Assembly: GCA_963700285.1 (NCBI GenBank)
Contig: CAVOXA010000010.1
Coordinates: forward strand, 832,001-896,000
Source of the DNA: an uncultured Chloroflexia bacterium
Lineage (GTDB): Bacteria > Chloroflexota > Anaerolineae > JAAYZQ01
Direction: 5' to 3'
DNA length: 64,000 nt
Under the pieces are notes generated by a model that worked only from the letters and a program-made list of their open reading frames with translations, was not told where the DNA came from and searched no databases. Both the position numbers and the translations under genes were made by a program. Below, one piece after another: positions 56,454 through 64,000 of the stretch (its first letter is position 1; every line of letters begins with the position of its first letter).

Positions 56454-56918
56454 TTAGTCCTCTGCCAGAATACGGCCGGCTCGTTTCATCCGGTTCAGCG
56501 TGACAAACATGGCCCCCAGGGCGGTTATGAAGGCCAGAGCGATTTTGGTGACATCCACCACCGGCTGAACCTCCACTCCTTCTGGGCCAATGCTGATGGC
56601 GGCCACCGGACGGCTGCCGGAGAAACCCCCGCCCCCACCACCACCGCCTGCGCCGGCGTCTGCTTCCTCCACCTCGCCTGCGTCGCCTTCCTCTTCGGTG
56701 CTCGCTGCCTCGGTACTGGTACCCGTACCACCGCCAAAGCCGTAGCCCATCCCAACTCCGACTTCCGAGGCGGTGATGACCGTGTATTCGCCAGCAGTGA
56801 CGGGCTCGCCATAGACCGCGCCCGGCTGTGCCACCTCGAACAGCTTCTCTACCACAGCTGCGGCATCCTTCTGACCCTCTAACAGGGATACTGCAATTCC
56901 ACCCAAGTCCACACTCAT
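56454..56918 (-). CDS. GerW/YtfJ-family protein
   Basis: VYGEPV...VGVGMGYGFGGG...GGGGGGG..RPVAAI. Confidence 0.8.
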   Translation of the reverse strand: MSVDLGGIAVSLLEGQKDAAAVVEKLFEVAQPGAVYGEPVTAGEYTVITASEVGVGMGYGFGGGTGTSTEAASTEEEGDAGEVEEADAGAGGGGGGGGFSGSRPVAAISIGPEGVEVQPVVDVTKIALAFITALGAMFVTLNRMKRAGRILAED

Positions 56919-56919
56919 G

Positions 56920-57204
56920 TCACTTTCTCCTTTGGATTGCGGATAAGACAATCGTTGTGATAGCAAAGGCTGCGCCCAGGGCGAGCAGCGCCACCTGGGC
57001 CACCAGGGTAACGTCCACGATGGGGATACGCTCGCTTTCATCACCCCGTTCCACCACTACGGCTACGGGCCGGTTCCAGACAAAGCCCCCGTTGGGCCAG
57101 CGAATGGTGAGCGCCTGGGACTGGGGCGTGAGGCGGATGTCGCCGACGGTCACCGGCTCGCCCGAGCGAGTTTTCAGATCAAAGTTCCCGTTCGAATCTT
57201 GCAT
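56920..57204 (-). CDS. GerW/YtfJ-related small membrane protein
   Basis: GEPVTVGD...RPVAVVV...DVT plus a TM helix; paralog-like to the downstream gene. Confidence 0.65.
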   Translation of the reverse strand: MQDSNGNFDLKTRSGEPVTVGDIRLTPQSQALTIRWPNGGFVWNRPVAVVVERGDESERIPIVDVTLVAQVALLALGAAFAITTIVLSAIQRRK

Positions 57205-57410
57205 ATCACCTCCGTTTTCGCACCTTGTACTATCTGATCTCGATAACGGGCGCTCATGCTCATTTTCGCCCTGACCGGGTCTCTGTGCCCACATGGTCTC
57301 AGATCTGTTGCTCCTTCTGCCAAGTTTCGGTAAGCGGCCTCAGCACTGACTCTGCAGATTGTGACGCCCTCTCGCCAAAGGCAGCGGTGAGGCTCGCCAC
57401 CAGGTTTTGT

Positions 57411-58143
57411 CTATCCACCGGGCTTGCATTCGCAGACAAAAGTCCACTTGGGACTGGGTGCCCCAAGTTCAACACCCACAGGCTTGCCATGTTCATCTTC
57501 ACCGGTCTTGCGAACAACGTGGACCCGCCAGTTTACCACCGACTGTCCATCCGCTTCAGGTGGGTGGAAGGGAGCTAAAAAAGCCCGGGGCTATCTCGAC
57601 GGTCGTGTCCTTGGTAAAGAGATAGTCGCCATACCAGTGCGCGTTATCCATCCGGCGGTAGGCGTCCAGGTGCAGGTGATAGTATTCGTCCTCGGCCAGT
57701 GGACCGACCGCGCGCCACTTTAGCACTATGCCGGATTTCCAGCCGACAGGGTAGCCGTCTGGCGGCCCCAAGAGTTCGGGGGATGGATACTTGAGAACGG
57801 GAGCCGGCGTGGGCTGCTGGGCTACATCCGGGGTCGCCGTGTCCACATCTGGAACAGAGGTCATCGTGGCTGTAGGCGCAGGCGGCGTCGCCGTGCCCAG
57901 TTCCAGAACTGCGGCGGACGTGGAAGCAGCTGCCGGGGTTGGCGGTAGCGTCAAGGTTGGCTGCGGTATCCCCTGGTTCGTAGGGGTTGGCCCCTGCTGT
58001 TCAAGTTCAGAAGGCAAAAGAGTTTTTGTGATGAACGGATTTGCAAAGGTTAGGATAGCCAGAATGGTCGCTACGATGGTTGCCAGCGAGGACATGATCG
58101 CCAGCCTACCTCGGAATCCGAGTTTGTGGGCGCCGTTGCTCAT
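57411..58143 (-). CDS. Membrane-anchored Pro/Thr-rich protein with C-terminal Ig/FnIII-like domain (+1 frameshift in A6 run 57577-57582)
   Basis: Removing one base extends the ORF: GFLAPFHPPEADGQSVVNWRVHVVRKTGEDEHGKPVGVELGAPSPKWTFVCECKPGG*. Confidence 0.7.
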
Positions 58144-58278
58144 TCTCCTTCCTCCATGTTCAGTTGGCTCGGTAAGAGCCCTGACGCTTCTAACTGGTGA
58201 GTAGGATTATACCATGATTGGGGAAAGAGGACAAAGGAAGATGAGGAGCCTGGCCCTTGTTTATGATAATCGAAAAGA

Positions 58279-59774
58279 GGTTCTTCCGCAATTTTCGTGA
58301 AATTGCGGTCTGCAGTGTGCGAGTATAATAGGGACTTTACCAAACAGGAGGAAAGTCCCTATGCTTGCCCAAGTGCTCTTGCCGTGCTCGACCAATCTGG
58401 AGCTTGACGAAGCAGTTGTTGAGGATGAAGTGATCACCGTAACGGTCAACTCGCAGCGGACAGACGCAGGCTGTCGGACATGCTATCAATCGTCTGCGCG
58501 GGTACAGAGCCGCTATTGGCGAATAGTGGCCGATTTATCGTGTGCCGAACGCAGTGTTCGACTTCTCACCTGCGGGTCCGTCGCTTCTTCTGTGACAATG
58601 CAGTGTGCAAACGCAAGACCTTTGCCGAAAGGTTTCCAGGAATCGTTGCACCCTATTCCCGGCGAACCAGTCGCCTGGCTGCCACACGGCGTCGGGTGGG
58701 CTTGGCGATTGGCGGTGAAGCTGGAGTGCGAGTCCTGATCGAAGTGGCGATGCCGACCAGTGGCGATACGCTTCTGCGACTGATTCGCGACGCTCCCCAA
58801 GAGGAAACTGCTACACCCCGAGTTCTGGGAGTTGACAATTGGGCCTGGTGCAAAGGACAGCGTTACGGTACCATTCTCGTTGACCTTGAGCGTCGCTGTG
58901 TCATCGACTTGCTCCCAGATCGCAAGGCAGAAACCCTGGCAGATTGGCTTCGAGATCATCCGGGCATCGAGATCATCAGCCGCGACCGGGCAGGCGCGTA
59001 CATCAAGGGCATCAATCAAGGTGCTCCCGATGCAATCCAGGTCGCTGATCGCTGGCATCTACTGCAAAACTTGACGCTCTCATACGCGTTCTTGAGCAGA
59101 ATCGAGCCTGCTTGCATGCTGCGGCAACTGAACCCAATGATGAACGCGAGCCCGAATCACAGCCTGAAATAAGTATGCGTGAAGAGAAAGAAGATCATTC
59201 ACTGCTGACCAAGTTAGAACAAAGACAACAAGGATACTCGCACTCGCGTCCATTGGTCAGCCGTTGGGCGGCGCAGATGCGCAAGCAGGAGCCTACGCTC
59301 TCGGCAGATGCTCAAGTGCATGTCAAACCGAAAAGGCAGGTGAAACGACCCTGCTCGGCACGGTACGCCGTTTGGTTGCTTTGCGGCCAGCCAGAAACGT
59401 TGTCAGACGAGAAGCCGCCCTGGAGCGCATGCTGAGTGTCAGCCCCACAATTCGGCGAGTCTACAACTTTGCACAAGCATTCACTCGAATTGTCCGCGAC
59501 CGCTATTATGCCAAGTCCATGGAACCTTGGTTGACCGCTGTGATCGAGTCCAGGATTCCAGAACTGAATGGCTTTGCCCGAAGCCTCAGTCGAGACAAAG
59601 ATGCGGTTCTCGCTGCTTTGTCATTGCCTTGGAGCAACGGGCAGGTTGAAGGACAAGTCAACCGTCTGAAACTGATCAAACGTCAGATGTACGGGCGGGC
59701 CAAGTTCGATCTGCTCCGCTTGCGGGTCTTGGCCCACTCATGATCGTAGCTTTCACGGAAATTGCGGAAGAGCC
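58279..59774 (+). mobile_element. ISL3-family insertion sequence with frameshifted, internally deleted transposase
   Basis: TIRs GGTTCTTCCGCAATTTTCGTGAAA / TTTCACGGAAATTGCGGAAGAGCC; zinc finger, [41 protein letters not shown] spread over three frames. Confidence 0.92.
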
Positions 59775-59783
59775 TGTTTTCAG

Positions 59784-59812
59784 TTGACAAGAACACGATT
59801 CTACAGTAGAAT
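59784..59812 (+). promoter_or_regulatory. sigma70-type promoter
   Basis: TTGACA-N17-TAGAAT, 9 bp right of the IS end. Confidence 0.7.
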
Positions 59813-59866
59813 TTAGGATAATCGTCTAATACGGAAGCATTCAGAGAATTGAAAGGAGGTTCGGTC

Positions 59867-60115
59867 ATGGGTTTTATCAAGCGGTTGGCTTTCTACTGGG
59901 GGTTTGCCCTGGGCCTTGTCACTTTGGCCGCGGTTGGAATCGTTGCCCTCACCTATCTGTTCACAGGCAAGTTTCCCTCAGTCGACATGGACGAGGGCGA
60001 ACCCAAGGTACTGCTAATGACACCCGACGAAGTGGTGGTCATGGTCCGCGAGCAAGTAGCAAAGGCAAAAGCAGCCCAGCAGGCCGAGGATGGAGGAGGT
60101 GAGTCCGATGAGTAG
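59867..60115 (+). CDS. Small membrane protein
   Basis: AAAGGAGG RBS; TM helix then YLFTGKFP. Confidence 0.75.
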   Translation: MGFIKRLAFYWGFALGLVTLAAVGIVALTYLFTGKFPSVDMDEGEPKVLLMTPDEVVVMVREQVAKAKAAQQAEDGGGESDE

Positions 60116-60494
60116 GGGCAACGATGCATCATTCCCGTTCCTGAGTGCCATCTGGGACATTCTTGGTACCCTGTGCAACTTTGTTTCGGGCTTTGTGTTG
60201 GGGCTGGCAGCGCCGCTGGCAGCGATAGTTGCCATCGTGGCGGGTGTTCGCTACCTGACAGGCCAGGTGCCGTTTTTTGGTGACTTTTTGGAGGATCCGG
60301 AGGGCGGGCGGCAGTTATCCCTGCAACTGATGTCCACCGATCAGGCCAAAGTAGCCTTTGATGGGCACAAGGAGCAGATAGGCGGCGACCTAGCCAGGAT
60401 GAAAGAGGAAATTCAGCTCATCATCCAGGACGCCAGGGCCGGAACCGAGGCCTCTGTTCCCGAGGAGGAAGTGGTGGTGTCCGACGAGGCCTAG
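60108..60494 (+). CDS. Small membrane protein (paralog-like to the upstream gene)
   Basis: GGAGG RBS; TM helix then YLTGQVPF. Confidence 0.75.
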   Translation: MSRGNDASFPFLSAIWDILGTLCNFVSGFVLGLAAPLAAIVAIVAGVRYLTGQVPFFGDFLEDPEGGRQLSLQLMSTDQAKVAFDGHKEQIGGDLARMKEEIQLIIQDARAGTEASVPEEEVVVSDEA

Positions 60495-60632
60495 CCTGTA
60501 CCCCCAGATCGGTGGTAACCCGCACGCCCCTTGACCTTGACGAGGGGCGTGTTGCTGTATGCAAAAGGCTGCCCTGATCGCGCGCACACCTGTACGGTTG
60601 GGGGAACATGGGTTCTGATCTCGTGGATCTCG

Positions 60633-62652
<2,020 letters not shown>

Positions 62653-62673
62653 GCTGGTATCTGGAATCGCAGG

Positions 62674-62710
62674 GCGAGCGGGCTAAAGTGTTTAGCTCGC
62701 TCGCTTTTTT
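62674..62710 (+). terminator. Intrinsic terminator of gyrB
   Basis: GCGAGCGGGCTAAA-GTG-TTTAGCTCGCTCGC followed by TTTTTT. Confidence 0.85.
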
Positions 62711-62712
62711 GT

Positions 62713-63348
62713 TCAAGGGGTGTCTTGTCGGTTCGGTACCAGTGGCCACCAGCTATCGGCTTCTGGCTCGTAGGCTTCCACCACACCGGTCTCTAGCTGG
62801 TAGACCCAGCCGTGCAATTTAATCGCTGCAGATCGCTCACCTTCACGTACCGGGTCGTAAGACCGCAGGTTTTCTAGTTGCAGAAGAACGTTTTCGCGTA
62901 CTGTCGCTAGGTGCCGATCCGCCTCCGGCAGGCCACTGGCATCGATCTTGGTCTTGGCCGGGCGAGCGTACTCGATCCAGCGGGCAATATGCGGTCTTTC
63001 ACTCCAATCAGGCATCTCCTCCAAAGCTCTGATGCCACCACAGTCTGTGTGCCCCATTATGACGACGTGCTGCACACGCAAGTGCAGAATTGCATACTCA
63101 ATCACAGCGCCAGTGCCTATTTGACCAGCGCCGAAGGGCGGTACGATATTGGCCACATTGCGTGTGGCAAAAAGGGATCCAGGATCAAGCTGGGCAATCA
63201 GCGCCACCGGAATGCGTGCATCCGAGCAACTGATGAACAGGACCTTTGGGGAATGCGCCAGGGTCGCCGAGCCCTGTGTGGGATCCCGGTCGTGCTGGAG
63301 TCCCTCATAGAAGCGGTCAAGGCCGGTTAGGATTTCAGTGGTAGGCAT
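62713..63348 (-). CDS. Beta-class carbonic anhydrase
   Basis: SCSDARI, RNVANIV, GHTDCGG. Confidence 0.95.
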   Translation of the reverse strand: MPTTEILTGLDRFYEGLQHDRDPTQGSATLAHSPKVLFISCSDARIPVALIAQLDPGSLFATRNVANIVPPFGAGQIGTGAVIEYAILHLRVQHVVIMGHTDCGGIRALEEMPDWSERPHIARWIEYARPAKTKIDASGLPEADRHLATVRENVLLQLENLRSYDPVREGERSAAIKLHGWVYQLETGVVEAYEPEADSWWPLVPNRQDTP

Positions 63349-63379
63349 ATCACTCTTCCCAGGTGGCTAAGGTACGATT

Positions 63380-64000
63380 CTACTTCTTTAACAACTGCCG
63401 GCTCGCCGCGTAGGGATCTAGCCGACGCTGGGCAATCTGGTCAACCAGGGAGGCCAGTTGGTCCTTGGCCGTACCCTCCAGGATCCGGCGCAGCGATTCC
63501 TGTTGGATGATTGCCTCCAGCTCAGCGGCGGCCCGCTCCCGCTCGCGCCAGGCCAGCTCCCCCGTTTGCTCCAGGTAAGCCCGGTGTGCCAGGACGGCTT
63601 CGGCCAGTTCGGCGATCCCTTCCCGTCTGGTGGCTACAGTCTTGTGGATGGAGGGAAGCCAACCCGAGGCGTCGATGGCCATATCCTCTTCGCGGCAGGC
63701 TGTGGTGACCGCTTCTATCAATCGCCCATGGTGCATGGCCCTGGATTCTGCCCCTGCGTTGAGGTTGAGCATCATGCTCAGGGCCATTACTGCATGGTCG
63801 GCACCCTCCCGGTCGGCTTTGTTCACGGCAAAAACGTCGGCAATCTCCAAAAGCCCAGCCTTGATGGCCTGGATGTCGTCGCCCAACCCCGGTACTTGGA
63901 CGACGACTGTGGTGTGTGCTGCCTTGGCAACATCTACCTCCGCCTGACCAGCACCGACCGTCTCGACGATAATCAAATCATAGCCCGCCGCATCCAATAT
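63380..64000 (-). CDS. meaB: Methylmalonyl-CoA mutase-associated GTPase (partial, 5' end outside window)
   Basis: IIVETVGAGQAEV, GDDIQAIKAGLLEIAD..VNKAD. Confidence 0.92.
   Translation of the reverse strand: MLDAAGYDLIIVETVGAGQAEVDVAKAAHTTVVVQVPGLGDDIQAIKAGLLEIADVFAVNKADREGADHAVMALSMMLNLNAGAESRAMHHGRLIEAVTTACREEDMAIDASGWLPSIHKTVATRREGIAELAEAVLAHRAYLEQTGELAWRERERAAAELEAIIQQESLRRILEGTAKDQLASLVDQIAQRRLDPYAASRQLLKK

Overview
High-GC bacterial chromosomal window. Gene content, intergenic repeat families and near-consensus sigma70 promoters suggest an anaerobic Chloroflexota (Anaerolineae-like) genome; this is inferred, not searched. (1) 0.4-2.5 kb: a four-repeat secreted protein and a lipoprotein. 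(2) 3-20 kb: an energy-metabolism cluster with sucCD, a 2-oxoacid:ferredoxin oxidoreductase (delta, alpha, fused beta-gamma), a degenerate HdrL-type HdrA/GltD flavoprotein, MvhD, an HdrD-like CCG protein, a nucleotide-sugar dehydrogenase, a GAF kinase/regulator pair and an HdrA-MvhD fusion. That HdrA and a nearby OsmC-family gene each carry an in-frame TGA at a conserved Cys position, followed by a hairpin with the same GGUC loop. Both are probably selenoproteins that the ORF track splits. (3) 22-26.6 kb: decayed material (RelE remnant, histidine-kinase pseudogene, IS630-type remnant) plus a U32-family gene. (4) 26.6-52.8 kb: a ~26 kb catabolic island of unknown substrate. It encodes three UroD/MtaA-fold proteins, two GSA-aminomutase-like class III aminotransferases, two Gfo/Idh/MocA enzymes, a ThDP enzyme, MlrC/M81, an AOR, a sulfatase, HpcH and DHDPS aldolases, a creatininase-family protein, an Ldh_2 enzyme, an AKR, LarA, an amidohydrolase and LacI. 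Four of its promoters each carry a copy of a LacI-type palindrome. (5) 52.8-64 kb: membrane/hypothetical genes, a cupin, a GerW/YtfJ pair, a decayed ISL3, gyrB, a beta-carbonic anhydrase and partial meaB. Several single-base insertions in otherwise intact genes look like long-read consensus errors. No CRISPR array, rRNA or tRNA was recognised.
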